From Phycisphaerales bacterium (GTDB lineage Bacteria > Planctomycetota > Phycisphaerae > SM23-33), in NCBI GenBank assembly GCA_018644725.1, contig JABGPZ010000069.1:84238-148237 (forward strand): 64,000 bases of DNA, read 5' to 3'. Positions 1-9,255 of this stretch are shown here, piece by piece; the first letter of the stretch is position 1, and every line of letters starts with the position of its first letter. A program made the position numbers and the translations under genes. The notes under the pieces were generated by a model. That model had not been told where the DNA came from. It searched no databases and was given only the letters and a program-made list of their open reading frames with translations.

Positions 1-342
1 CGCCTCGCCAAAGACCCCAACTGCAAACACCGCACCTCCGGCCCGATGCTCAAAGAGTGTACACTCAAAGGCAGCAAGGCCGCACTGGAATTCTATGCCG
101 CCGGTGATGCACTGGCCATCCGCGGGGATGGAGACCTCAAGGGCTTTGGTGTGTGCGATAAGGATGGCAAGTGGCACTGGGCGACGGCCAAGATTACCGG
201 CAAGCTGACCATTGAACTCACCGCGCCTGCGGGTGTGACGATCACGCGCGTCTGCTACAATTGGGGCGGTAATCCCAGGGGCAACTTGGTCGATGGCGCT
301 GGCCACCCGGCCGGGCTGTTCCGTTCCGAACTCGAAAAATAG
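1..342 (+). CDS. 3' end (C-terminal ~113 aa) of a sialate O-acetylesterase/SGNH-like carbohydrate esterase; ORF enters from upstream of window
   Basis: Reading frame open from nt 1 (no stop before the Met at 46). The C-terminal motif NLVDGAGHPAGLFRSE resembles the conserved tail (…nLyN.eGLPA.PFRtD) of the sialate O-acetylesterase family. Confidence 0.4.
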   Translation, partial: RLAKDPNCKHRTSGPMLKECTLKGSKAALEFYAAGDALAIRGDGDLKGFGVCDKDGKWHWATAKITGKLTIELTAPAGVTITRVCYNWGGNPRGNLVDGAGHPAGLFRSELEK

Positions 343-411
343 AGGGCGAATTCAAACGCACTATCGCGCTTCGTCGTGATCTCAGGGCACCCCGTGTGGG
401 TGTCCTTTTTT

Positions 412-549
412 TGTGTCGTAGGGAAAAATAATCATTTGCCCATTTTTCTTTGTTTCCTGTGTCGTAGGGGCGAAAAATATTTCGCCCTTGTTTCTCTGTT
501 TTCTGTATCGTAGGGTGAGGTTTGCCCCGCCCAGGGTGATCGATCAAGC
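412..549. repeat. Three imperfect 46-bp tandem repeats (TGTRTCGTAGGG + GC hairpin + T-rich tail) in an AT-rich intergenic region
   Basis: Units start at 412, 458 and 504 with an exact 46-bp period. Unit 2 contains a perfect hairpin GGGCGAAA-AATA-TTTCGCCC. Unit 3 ends in ttgccccgcccagggtgat, which recurs at 10673-10708. Confidence 0.6.
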
Positions 550-761
550 GTTATACAAAGGGTGCCGTGGTTTGCGAAGCGTACTCGCGACGCAACCGCG
601 CAGATTCAATCGTGTATGGAAAATGGAAAACGGGGACAGGTACCTGACAACAAACAGGAATCGAGAAAACAGGACAGAAAAAGGGTACCAGTCCCCATTT
701 TCCTGTCTTATTTTTTTGTCCTTTCGACATGACAGAGGAAAAAGGGAAACAGAATATGAAG

Positions 762-794
762 AATACAAAAAGGGGCACCCACAATGGATGCCCC
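762..794 (-). terminator. Rho-independent terminator for the membrane-protein gene 842..1570
   Basis: On the minus strand: GGGGCATCC-ATTGT-GGGTGCCCC followed by TTTTTGTATTCTT, about 45 nt after the stop codon. Confidence 0.55.
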
Positions 795-841
795 TAGAAA
801 CGTCAGGTGGTATTTCTATCGCGCTTCAATCGTCCCGCGCG

Positions 842-1570
842 CTAGATGTCGTCGTCGGCTTCGGCGTGTTTTTTCTTGGGACTGGTGACAAAGAACTGCA
901 CGAGGATCCCGCCGACCGCGAGCCCAACCGTGGTCCAGGCCATGAACTTGTTCTGTTGGTAGAGGGCACGGTAGGAGACTGGCTGGGCGAAGGTGCTCAG
1001 CGAGCGGATGTTCATGAAGTGTGCCAGGCCCAGGACCAGCAGCGGTGCGCCCTTGGCAGAGGTGATGAGGATGATGATGAACTTCCGCAGGAAGATGGTG
1101 ATCACACCGCCGCCGACGGCCGACGCAAGGCAGATGCCTTGTTGGTTCGCGGTGATGTTGGCCGAGGCAATGACAATGATCGCCACGGCATAGCCCACCC
1201 CCGCGCCCACCAGGAACACCCCGACAATATACAGCAGGGAAAATAGGAGCAACCCCGCAAGCGCCCCCACGCCCAAACCGACCCAAAGCCCCACGGGGAT
1301 CGCGTTGACGGTGGTGATGTTGGCTACGGCGTTGGGATTGATGCCCGCGATTTTTGCAGCGACATAGACTCCCACCACCGCGCCGATGACCATGCCGATA
1401 AAGCCGAGATAGGCGCGGAAGAGACGGAACCCCAAAAAGCACCACAGCGCGCCAATGGCGATCAGGCTGCCCGCGACAATCGAAAGGGTCGTCGCGTCGG
1501 CGTTTTGGAGCATCGGGAAGTGGATCACGGTTGTGTTGAATTGCGGTATGGTGACTTGGGCAAGCATCAT
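842..1570 (-). CDS. Polytopic integral membrane protein (DUF4203/TM7S3-like, about 7 TM helices), function unknown
   Basis: 242-aa ORF dominated by hydrophobic G/A/V/I-rich segments. Terminator immediately downstream. GC-rich codon usage like the neighbouring genes. Confidence 0.6.
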   Translation of the reverse strand: MMLAQVTIPQFNTTVIHFPMLQNADATTLSIVAGSLIAIGALWCFLGFRLFRAYLGFIGMVIGAVVGVYVAAKIAGINPNAVANITTVNAIPVGLWVGLGVGALAGLLLFSLLYIVGVFLVGAGVGYAVAIIVIASANITANQQGICLASAVGGGVITIFLRKFIIILITSAKGAPLLVLGLAHFMNIRSLSTFAQPVSYRALYQQNKFMAWTTVGLAVGGILVQFFVTSPKKKHAEADDDI

Positions 1571-1710
1571 AATGGTCTCCTGTCGCTGGAGGAAATTGAG
1601 TCTTCCTATACATATTGATTGGTAGGCGGTTCATTGTCAAGATGATTTTAGCGCCCTGTTGCGACAAAACTTGCTTCTGGGTTCTGTAGTGGAAGGCGGG
1701 ATGTGGTACA

Positions 1711-2295
1711 ATGAATGTGATGATTCCTGATAAGAAAATAATCCGACGGGAACTTTTCGAGGCGATCGCCGCGATTCCGCCCGAGGTGCGCGCTGACAAA
1801 TCGCGGGCAATTTGCGAGGCCGTCGCGGCGTTGGACGAATTTCACGCGGCCAAGGTCGTGATGCTCTATTTGCCGATTGCGGGCGAGGTGGACACGGCAT
1901 TGCTGGCGGACCTGGCGTGGGAGGCGGGAAAGCAAGTCTGCGCGCCGAAGTTCTGCGGCGATTCGCGCCGGATGTCCCCGCGGGAAATCCTGTCGCATCA
2001 CGCATGCAGTTTTCACAATGGTCATGGCCTGCGCAGTCCGGCCTCAACGGTGGAACTCCTGCTCGCGGAGATCGACGTGGTGATCGTCCCGGCCGTGGGG
2101 TTCGACCCTTCGTGTAATCGCCTCGGACGCGGCGGGGGGTTCTATGACCGGTTCCTCCAGCAGGCGGAATTGCACGCGACGACAATTGGTGTCGGATTTT
2201 CCGAACAAATTTGCCCGAAATTGCCGATAGAACCACATGACACGCCGCTGGATGCGGTCGTGGTGGACGGCGCAGTGTATCGCTGCGGCGGATAA
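1711..2295 (+). CDS. 5-formyltetrahydrofolate cyclo-ligase (MTHFS)
   Basis: ATP-binding motif GRGGGFYDRFL, size about 190 aa and conserved C-terminal region typical of MTHFS/YgfA. An alternative ATG at 1720 is possible. Confidence 0.8.
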   Translation: MNVMIPDKKIIRRELFEAIAAIPPEVRADKSRAICEAVAALDEFHAAKVVMLYLPIAGEVDTALLADLAWEAGKQVCAPKFCGDSRRMSPREILSHHACSFHNGHGLRSPASTVELLLAEIDVVIVPAVGFDPSCNRLGRGGGFYDRFLQQAELHATTIGVGFSEQICPKLPIEPHDTPLDAVVVDGAVYRCGG

Positions 2296-2330
2296 TTGCA
2301 TAACTACTTTATTTGCAAAGGAATGCGACC

Positions 2331-3563
2331 ATGAGAATGCAACACGATGGACGGCGCGGACACTCCAATTTGCCCAAGATTCTCTTTGGTGCGGCCGGGG
2401 TGCTGATGGTGATTGCACTGGTGATTATCATGACGAGCGATGATAAATCGACCGAGCAACCTGGCCCCAAACCCGGCGAACCCACCAAGACCGACCCCAA
2501 GGCCGGCACAAAAACAGGCGCAAAGACCGGGACCCAAACCGGGACCAAGACCGGGGTAAAAACCGGCACCAAGACTGGCATTCGACCGGTCCCGCAGACG
2601 CCCAAGGCGCTTGAGGCCGCAATGAACAAGCTGGTCGGTCCCAGTCCGATCACCACGCCCACCGACGACAAGGCCACGGCGATCAAGAGCTATGTCGAAG
2701 GGATGAGGCTGTATAAAAACGCGGGCAGTTTTCTCAAAGCGCGGACGCTGCTCAATAAAGCCTATCGTGCGGGGCTTCGTGGCGGCGTGCTTTCGACGAC
2801 CGACCTGAATACCTGTCGCACGGCACTGTTGGACCTGTCGGCCAAAACGGTTCTGCATCGCACCGCGGCGTACAACCCAGAAGATCCCTATATTGTCGGC
2901 CATCGCTGGGCACCGGGTGAGTTGCTGAATTCCACGCGGAACCCCGCGACTCGCATGGTCACTCGTGAGGGCATTATCGCCAAGTGTGATTTGTGTACGG
3001 GGACGAAAATTGTCCCGTGGTACAATGGCCTCGCCAGCGCGACGCAATTCCGTGCGGGGGACTACTACAAGTTGCTCATCGGCCCGTTCCATATGGTGGT
3101 CTACCGTAGCCAGTGTGTCGCGGATATCTATTTGCAGGACTTGCTGGTCAAGCGGATTCGCGTCGCCGTCGGCAAAGCCGACACGCCCACGCCGCTGGGG
3201 GAATTCCGTCTTCCCAGTTGGGGCGACAAGAGTGCGAAGAGCCCCTATACGCCGCCCGTGACAGCCGGTCGCGGGAGCGGACAGATCTATCCCGGCGAGC
3301 CAGGATACCCGCTCGGGGCGAAAGGCTACTATGTCAAGATTGAGGGTATCAAAGAAAAGGGCACGGACATTCCCGTTTCGCGCGGCTATGCCATTCACGG
3401 CACGAGCGACCCGTCGAGCATCGGCACGCCTGCGAGCTATGGCTGCATTCGTGTTGGCGCGGCCGACATGGAATTCCTCTATTACGCGCTGATCGGCTAT
3501 GCCGACCCGAACGACCCCACGGTCAACTGGAAACGCTTCTCGACGATCTCCATCCAGAAATAG
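2331..3563 (+). CDS. L,D-transpeptidase (YkuD domain) with N-terminal TM anchor and (K/T)TG repeat linker
   Basis: C-terminal catalytic block YAIHGTSDPSSIGTPASYGCIRV has the HG(S/T)…SxGCIR signature of L,D-transpeptidases. The N-terminus has one TM helix then TKTGAKTGTQTGTKTGVKTGTKTG repeats. The ORF track starts at an upstream TTG (2313); ATG 2331 follows an AAAGGA RBS. Confidence 0.75.
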   Translation: MRMQHDGRRGHSNLPKILFGAAGVLMVIALVIIMTSDDKSTEQPGPKPGEPTKTDPKAGTKTGAKTGTQTGTKTGVKTGTKTGIRPVPQTPKALEAAMNKLVGPSPITTPTDDKATAIKSYVEGMRLYKNAGSFLKARTLLNKAYRAGLRGGVLSTTDLNTCRTALLDLSAKTVLHRTAAYNPEDPYIVGHRWAPGELLNSTRNPATRMVTREGIIAKCDLCTGTKIVPWYNGLASATQFRAGDYYKLLIGPFHMVVYRSQCVADIYLQDLLVKRIRVAVGKADTPTPLGEFRLPSWGDKSAKSPYTPPVTAGRGSGQIYPGEPGYPLGAKGYYVKIEGIKEKGTDIPVSRGYAIHGTSDPSSIGTPASYGCIRVGAADMEFLYYALIGYADPNDPTVNWKRFSTISIQK

Positions 3564-3683
3564 CGAGACCACGCGAAGAGCAATTCAAATTGCGATCATT
3601 CAAACGCCCGGCGAGTTTTCCTCGTCGGGTGTTTTTGTGTAAGTTTGGATTGTCGCTTGTTCTGTGGGGTCGGGAGGGATAGA

Positions 3684-5099
3684 ATGGACTCCATGACTGA
3701 ACCACGAACAGAACGAGACCTGCTGGGCGAGAAATCGATTCCCGCCGATGCACTGTGGGGGATTCACACTCTCCGCGCGGTGGAAAATTTTCCGCTGTCT
3801 GGCCGGAGCGTGCATCCCGCGCTCATCGCGGCCTATGGGCAGGTCAAGCGCGCGTGCGCCCAGGCGAACTTCGAGCTGGGCTACCTCACCGACGAGCAGT
3901 TCTCCGCGCTGGGGATCGCCTGTGACGAGATGACCGCCGGTGCGTTGAACGATTCGATTCGCGTCGACGCGCTCCAGGGCGGGGCGGGCACGAGTCTGAA
4001 CATGAACGTTAACGAGGTGCTCGCCAATCGCGCACTGACCCACATGGGTCGCGCGCCGGGCGATTATGACGCGCTCGATCCGCTCGACCATGTCAACCTG
4101 CATCAGTCCACCAACGATACTTTTCCCACGGCGATGCGCGTGGCGGCGATGCAACTCCTCGCCGCGCTCGAGCCCGCCGTCGTCGCGCTGCAGGAAGCGT
4201 TCCAAGCCAAGGAGCGCGAATTCGCCCACGTCGTTCGCGTTGCGCGGACCCAGCTCCAGGACGCGGTACTCACCACGCTTGGCCGGCAGATGGGTGCGTA
4301 CGCCGAAGCGTTCAACCGCGACCGCTGGCGGATCTACAAATGCAACGAGCGGCTGCGCGTGATCAACCTCGGCGGCACGGCCATTGGTACCGGCCTCGAC
4401 GCGCCGCGCCAATACATTTTCGCCGCGACCGAACGGCTGCGCGAAGCGACGGGCCTGGGCCTGGCGCGGGGCGAAAACCTCATCGACGCGACGCAGAACT
4501 TTGACGTGTTCGTCGAGGTCAGCGGGATCCTCAAATCGCTCGCCGCGTCGCTGTGTAAAATTGCGACCGATCTGCGGTTGCTTGCATCGGGTCCGTCGGC
4601 GGGCTTCGGGGAGATTCGTCTTCCGGCCGTCCAGCCTGGCAGCAGCATCATGCCCGGCAAGGTCAACCCCGTGATTCCCGAAGCCGTCACCCAGGCCGCG
4701 CTGGCGACGATGGCCAACGACACCGCCATCACGTCCGCCGCCGCGATGGGGAATTTGGAACTCAACGCGTTCGGGCCGCTGGTCGCCGACAAACTGCTCG
4801 AATCGATTTCGCTCCTGACGGCCGCGTGCGAACTGTTCACGACCCGCTGCGTCACCGGGATCGAGGCCGACGAAGACCGCTGCCGCGAGTTGGCGGAATC
4901 GTCCACGGCGATTCTCACCGCGCTCGTCCAGCATATCGGCTATCAGGCCGCCAGCGATCTGGCCAAACAGGCGGCAGAAACCGCCAAGCCGATCCGCACG
5001 CTGGCCATCGACAGCGGGCTGGTGGACGAGGCGACATTTGATCAATTGACTTCCCCCGAGGCCGTCACGGCACTGGGGTTTCGGACCAAGAAAGACTAG
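3684..5099 (+). CDS. aspA: Aspartate ammonia-lyase (class II fumarase/aspartase superfamily)
   Basis: GSSIMPGKVNP signature and QGGAGTSLNMNVNEVLAN (aspartase-type rather than the fumarase GSGTQ form). N-terminus ERDLLGEKSIPADALWGIHTLRAVENF resembles E. coli AspA. ATG 3684 is preceded by GGGAGGG. Confidence 0.8.
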   Translation: MDSMTEPRTERDLLGEKSIPADALWGIHTLRAVENFPLSGRSVHPALIAAYGQVKRACAQANFELGYLTDEQFSALGIACDEMTAGALNDSIRVDALQGGAGTSLNMNVNEVLANRALTHMGRAPGDYDALDPLDHVNLHQSTNDTFPTAMRVAAMQLLAALEPAVVALQEAFQAKEREFAHVVRVARTQLQDAVLTTLGRQMGAYAEAFNRDRWRIYKCNERLRVINLGGTAIGTGLDAPRQYIFAATERLREATGLGLARGENLIDATQNFDVFVEVSGILKSLAASLCKIATDLRLLASGPSAGFGEIRLPAVQPGSSIMPGKVNPVIPEAVTQAALATMANDTAITSAAAMGNLELNAFGPLVADKLLESISLLTAACELFTTRCVTGIEADEDRCRELAESSTAILTALVQHIGYQAASDLAKQAAETAKPIRTLAIDSGLVDEATFDQLTSPEAVTALGFRTKKD

Positions 5100-5102
5100 A
5101 CG

Positions 5103-6329
5103 ATGTTAAAAACCCCCAAAGGATTCCGCCTGCACATCGGCCTGTTTGGCCGCCGCAATGTGGGAAAAAGCTCGCTGCTGAACGCGATCACGCACCAGGA
5201 CGTATCGATTGTGTCGGACACGGCCGGGACGACGACCGACCCCGTCGAAAAGCCGATGGAGCTTCTGCCGCTCGGGCCGGTGCTGTTTATCGATACCGCC
5301 GGCGTGGATGATGTCGGTGCGCTCGGTCAGCAGCGCGTGGAGAAAACCCGTCAGGCGTTCGACCGCACCGACGTGGGGCTGATCCTCGTCGCCGCCGGCG
5401 AGTGGGGCGAGTTTGAAGACGCGCTCCTTGCCGAGTTGCAAGGCCGCGATGTGCCCGTCGTTGTCGTGTTCAACAAGTCCGACCTCGCCGAGCCGCACGC
5501 GGACCTGGTCCAGCGGCTGACGCATGACGACATTCCGCACCTCTACACCAACGCCGCCACGGGCGAGGGCGTGGGCGATGTCCGCGAGACGCTGGTGGCG
5601 ATTGCGCCGGACGACTTCATTCGCCCGGCCGCCATTGTCGGCGACTTGCTGCCGCCGGGGGGCTGTGCCGTGCTGGTGGTGCCCATCGACAAAGAAGCGC
5701 CCAAGGGCCGGCTGATTCTTCCGCAGGTCCAGACCATCCGCGATTTGCTCGACAGCGACAGCTATTGCATGGTCGTCAAGGAACGCGAGTTGCGCGACGC
5801 GCTGGACCGCCTCGTCGATCCGCCGGAGCTGGTGATTACCGATTCGCAGGCGTTCCTCAAGGTCGCCGCCGACACGCCGCCAGCCGTGCCGTTGACGAGT
5901 TTTTCCGTCCTGTTTGCACGCGCCAAGGGCAACCTCGCCGAGTTCGTGCGCGGCGCGATGGCGATTGATTCGCTCCAAAGCGGCGACGACGTACTTGTCG
6001 CCGAGGCGTGTAGCCACCACCCCATTGGCGAGGACATCGGCCGGGTGAAAATCCCGCGCTGGCTTCGTCAATATGTCGGCGGTGAGCTGAATTTCAAAAC
6101 CGTTCAGGGCCACGATTTTCCCGACGACCTCGAAAAATACAAGCTCGTGATCCACTGTGGCGCGTGCATGTGGAACCGCCGCGAAGTCCTCAGTCGCCAG
6201 ATGCATTGCCGCAACGCGGGCGTGCCGATGACGAATTATGGCCTGGCGATTGCCTATTCCCTCGGCATCTTCGAGCGCGCGCTCGGGCCGTTCCCCGAAG
6301 CGCTGGAGCTGTACCGCTCGCTGAAATAA
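5103..6329 (+). CDS. hydF: [FeFe]-hydrogenase maturation GTPase HydF homologue (orphan)
   Basis: N-terminal GTPase with GRRNVGKSSLLNA…SIVSD.AGTTTDPV…DTAGVDD, close to Thermotoga HydF. The C-terminal domain has CSH…(47 aa)…HCGAC, the HydF FeS-binding CxHx46-53HCxxC motif. Start is 1 nt after the aspA stop. Confidence 0.65.
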   Translation: MLKTPKGFRLHIGLFGRRNVGKSSLLNAITHQDVSIVSDTAGTTTDPVEKPMELLPLGPVLFIDTAGVDDVGALGQQRVEKTRQAFDRTDVGLILVAAGEWGEFEDALLAELQGRDVPVVVVFNKSDLAEPHADLVQRLTHDDIPHLYTNAATGEGVGDVRETLVAIAPDDFIRPAAIVGDLLPPGGCAVLVVPIDKEAPKGRLILPQVQTIRDLLDSDSYCMVVKERELRDALDRLVDPPELVITDSQAFLKVAADTPPAVPLTSFSVLFARAKGNLAEFVRGAMAIDSLQSGDDVLVAEACSHHPIGEDIGRVKIPRWLRQYVGGELNFKTVQGHDFPDDLEKYKLVIHCGACMWNRREVLSRQMHCRNAGVPMTNYGLAIAYSLGIFERALGPFPEALELYRSLK

Positions 6330-6462
6330 TTGTCGAAGATCCAAATTTTTGCACGGGGAAGATCGTTTTTTCTTTCCCGGCGATGGTCTGGGCGCTATAC
6401 TCCGGTCTCGTCGCATACAGCGGCCAATTAATGTACGAATTCACGCATGAAAGGATAAATCC

Positions 6463-7044
6463 ATGAGCAAAGTTGTCGCATTTACCGCCAGTCCCCGTCG
6501 CGAGGGCAATACGTTCCAGTCCCTCCAGATGGCCATTGCCCCGCTCGAAGCAGCCGGGATCGAAGTCGAGGTCATCGACGTCTGTGCCGCCCGGCCTCGT
6601 GGGTGCATGGCGTGTTTTTATTGCCTGCGCGAGAAGAATAGCACCTGCGTGATCAACGAGGATCCGGTCAACGAATGGATCGCCAAGGCCGTCGAGGCCG
6701 ACGGTGTGATCTTCGCGTCGCCGACCTATTTCGCGAATGTCACTTCTGAGATGAAAGCGCTGATCGACCGCATGGGCATGGTCAGCCGCGTCAATGGGTC
6801 GCTGCTGAAGCGCAAGCCGTTCGCAGCCATCACCGCCGTCCGTCGCGGTGGGGCGGTTCCCGCGTTTGACGCAATGAACCACATGGCGCAGATCAACGAG
6901 ATGATCGTGGTCGGCTCGTGCTATTGGAATTTTGCATTCGGCCTCGAGCAGGGCGATGTCCAAAATGATGAGGAAGGGATCAAGACGATGGTCACGCTGG
7001 GCGAGACCATGGCATGGCTGATCCAGGCGATTGAAGGAAAATAA
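6463..7044 (+). CDS. Flavodoxin-like fold NAD(P)H-dependent FMN reductase / iron-sulfur flavoprotein family
   Basis: N-terminal VVAFTASPRREGNT and ASPTYFANVTSEMKALIDR are typical of the FMN_red / Isf family. Four N-proximal Cys residues (CAARPRGCMACFYC) suggest an FeS site as in Isf. Confidence 0.7.
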   Translation: MSKVVAFTASPRREGNTFQSLQMAIAPLEAAGIEVEVIDVCAARPRGCMACFYCLREKNSTCVINEDPVNEWIAKAVEADGVIFASPTYFANVTSEMKALIDRMGMVSRVNGSLLKRKPFAAITAVRRGGAVPAFDAMNHMAQINEMIVVGSCYWNFAFGLEQGDVQNDEEGIKTMVTLGETMAWLIQAIEGK

Positions 7045-7061
7045 AGATTTCGCAGAGATTT

Positions 7062-7096
7062 CGCCGCGTCCAGCAGAAGTGGGCGCGGCTTTTTTA
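7062..7096 (+). terminator. Probable intrinsic terminator after the flavoprotein gene
   Basis: GCCGCG-(15 nt loop)-CGCGGC followed by TTTTTT. Confidence 0.45.
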
Positions 7097-7140
7097 TGGA
7101 TCGCGTTCACATCGGGCCGGGAAATTGCTATACTACACGC

Positions 7141-7905
7141 ATGACTGCATCTACCGACAACCCGCCGCTTCGCGCGATTCTGTTTGACCTCGGCGATACG
7201 CTGCTCGACTTCGGGCCGATCAGCCACGACGAGATGTTTCGTCTCGGCGCGAAAGAGGCGTACGAGTATCTTCTCGAGCTCGGCCACCGCTTGCCATCGT
7301 GGCGGCGCTATCACTGGCGCCATTGGCTGGCGATTCGCTGGCACGTGATTTTGGCCGTACTGCAACGGCGGGAGTTTCATTCCTTGCCCGTGCTGGTGCG
7401 CTGTTGCAAGCGCCTGGGCATTGAGCTCTCGCCCGAAGAACAGCTCGAATTGTGCTGGCGATTCTATCTGCCGCTGCGGAACATTGCGACCGTCGAACCG
7501 GGCCTCGCGGACATGCTCGTGGATCTTCAGGCGCGCGGGCTGACAATCTCCATCGTCTCCAATACGTTCGTGCCGGGGGAAATCCTCGACCGTCATCTGC
7601 GCGAAGAGGGCCTGCTCGAGCATCTGCCGCTGCGGGTCTATTCGTGCGACGTGGGCTATCGCAAACCGCACATCGAGATTTATCGGCGCGCGCTGGAAAC
7701 CGTCGGGACAAAACCCGAAGAAACGATGTTCATCGGTGACACGCCCAAGGCCGACGTGATTGGCCCGGGGAAGCTGGGGATGATCACGGTCCTCAAAGAC
7801 CCCACCACCCAGCGCAAAGGCCGCCAGCACGCGGACTATTGCCTGACGAAAATTATGGACCTGCCAACGATCCTTGAACACTATCAACTCGGAGGCGCGG
7901 ACTGA
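7141..7905 (+). CDS. HAD-superfamily hydrolase
   Basis: Motif I ILFDLGDTLLDF, motif II IVSNT and motif IV FIGDTPKADV. The upstream start at 7096 in the ORF track lies inside the terminator T-run, so ATG 7141 is preferred. Stop overlaps the murD start by 1 nt. Confidence 0.7.
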   Translation: MTASTDNPPLRAILFDLGDTLLDFGPISHDEMFRLGAKEAYEYLLELGHRLPSWRRYHWRHWLAIRWHVILAVLQRREFHSLPVLVRCCKRLGIELSPEEQLELCWRFYLPLRNIATVEPGLADMLVDLQARGLTISIVSNTFVPGEILDRHLREEGLLEHLPLRVYSCDVGYRKPHIEIYRRALETVGTKPEETMFIGDTPKADVIGPGKLGMITVLKDPTTQRKGRQHADYCLTKIMDLPTILEHYQLGGAD

Positions 7906-9206
7906 TGCAAACCACAGATGACCTGTTGCGCGGAATGCGAGTGACTGTTGTGGGCCTTGGCCGCTTTGGCGGCGGAGTGGGCGCGGCGAATTTCCTCGCA
8001 TCGCGCGGCGCGAAGGTGACCGTGTCCGATCAGGCCGACGAAGAGATTCTTTCCGAGTCGGTGGCGCAGTTGACGGATGATTCGATTTCACTCGCCCTCG
8101 GCGGCCATCGCGAATGCGACTTTTTCGACACCGAGTTGCTGGTGGTCAATCCGGCGTTTCCCAAGACCCATCCGCTGCTCGTGGAGGCCACGCGTCGGGG
8201 CGTGCCGCGTACCAGCGAGATCAATTTGTTCCTCGAACGGTGTCCCGCCGACATGGTGGGCATCACTGGCAGCGTCGGAAAAAGTACGACGGTGTCGATG
8301 TGTGGCGAGGTGCTTTCGCGGCGCTATCGCACGCACGTCGGCGGCAACATTGGCCGCTCGCTTCTGGGCGATCTCGAGCAGATCGGCCCGGAGGATATCG
8401 TGGTGCTGGAGCTGTCGAGTTTTCAGTTGGAGGACATTCCGCTGGTGGGTGTGTCGCCGCGAGTGGGGCTGGTGACGAACCTGATTCCCAACCATCTCGA
8501 CCGCCACGGCACGATGGAGGCCTATGCGAGCGCCAAGCAGAACCTGTTGCGGTATCGCGCCCAGCGGGGCGTGACGTTGCTGAATGCGGCCGCGCCGGAA
8601 TTGGCTGATTGGCCCGCCGTAGCGGGTGGTCGCGTGGAGTGGTACAACCTGCCCGACGATGAACCGTTCGATCTGCGCGTGCCCGGTGACCATAATCAGG
8701 CCAACGCACAGGCGGCCTGGGCCGTCGGTCGGGCGCTCGGCATCGAACGTCACGACGCCGAAGACGCGCTGAAGAATTTCCATGGCCTCGCGCATCGGCT
8801 GGAGCTGGTGGCGGACCATGATGGCGTGCAATATTTCAACGATTCCAAGTGTACCACGCCACGCGGCGCCGAGGTCGCGCTGACGGCGTTTGAGCCCGAG
8901 ACGGCCGTGATTTTGCTCGGCGGCTATGACAAGGGAGCGACGTGGGACGAACTTGGCCGAGAGGTGTCCAAGCGCGCCAAACGGGCCGTGTGCTTCGGCC
9001 AGACCGGACCTGCCATCGCCGAGGCAATCCGCACTGCCGGCATGGAACCGTTCACCGCCGACACCCTCGACGAAGCATTCGCTCTCGCCCAGCGCGAAGC
9101 CGCCGACGGCGATACCGTCCTCCTCAGCCCCGCCTGCGCGAGCTGGGACCAGTTCACAAACTACGAAGAACGCGGCGAACGATTCACCCAACTCGCCAAG
9201 GGATAA
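7905..9206 (+). CDS. murD: UDP-N-acetylmuramoyl-L-alanine--D-glutamate ligase
   Basis: VTVVGLGRFGGG Rossmann N-terminus, Mur ligase P-loop GITGSVGKSTT, and a conserved Mur ligase C-terminal domain. Confidence 0.85.
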   Translation: MQTTDDLLRGMRVTVVGLGRFGGGVGAANFLASRGAKVTVSDQADEEILSESVAQLTDDSISLALGGHRECDFFDTELLVVNPAFPKTHPLLVEATRRGVPRTSEINLFLERCPADMVGITGSVGKSTTVSMCGEVLSRRYRTHVGGNIGRSLLGDLEQIGPEDIVVLELSSFQLEDIPLVGVSPRVGLVTNLIPNHLDRHGTMEAYASAKQNLLRYRAQRGVTLLNAAAPELADWPAVAGGRVEWYNLPDDEPFDLRVPGDHNQANAQAAWAVGRALGIERHDAEDALKNFHGLAHRLELVADHDGVQYFNDSKCTTPRGAEVALTAFEPETAVILLGGYDKGATWDELGREVSKRAKRAVCFGQTGPAIAEAIRTAGMEPFTADTLDEAFALAQREAADGDTVLLSPACASWDQFTNYEERGERFTQLAKG

Positions 9207-9255
9207 TGACGGGTAACAAGTAGTTCGCCTTACATGACTAATGGGAGAATTGGCA

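Noticed and set aside
412-549. Possible CRISPR array
   Set aside because: It has only three degenerate units. The variable parts are hairpins rather than unique spacers, and there are no cas genes. It fits REP-like tandem elements better.
6190-8091. 633-aa minus-strand ORF across the flavoprotein, HAD and murD genes
   Set aside because: Antisense shadow ORF with no motifs. The plus-strand genes have RBSs and conserved domains.
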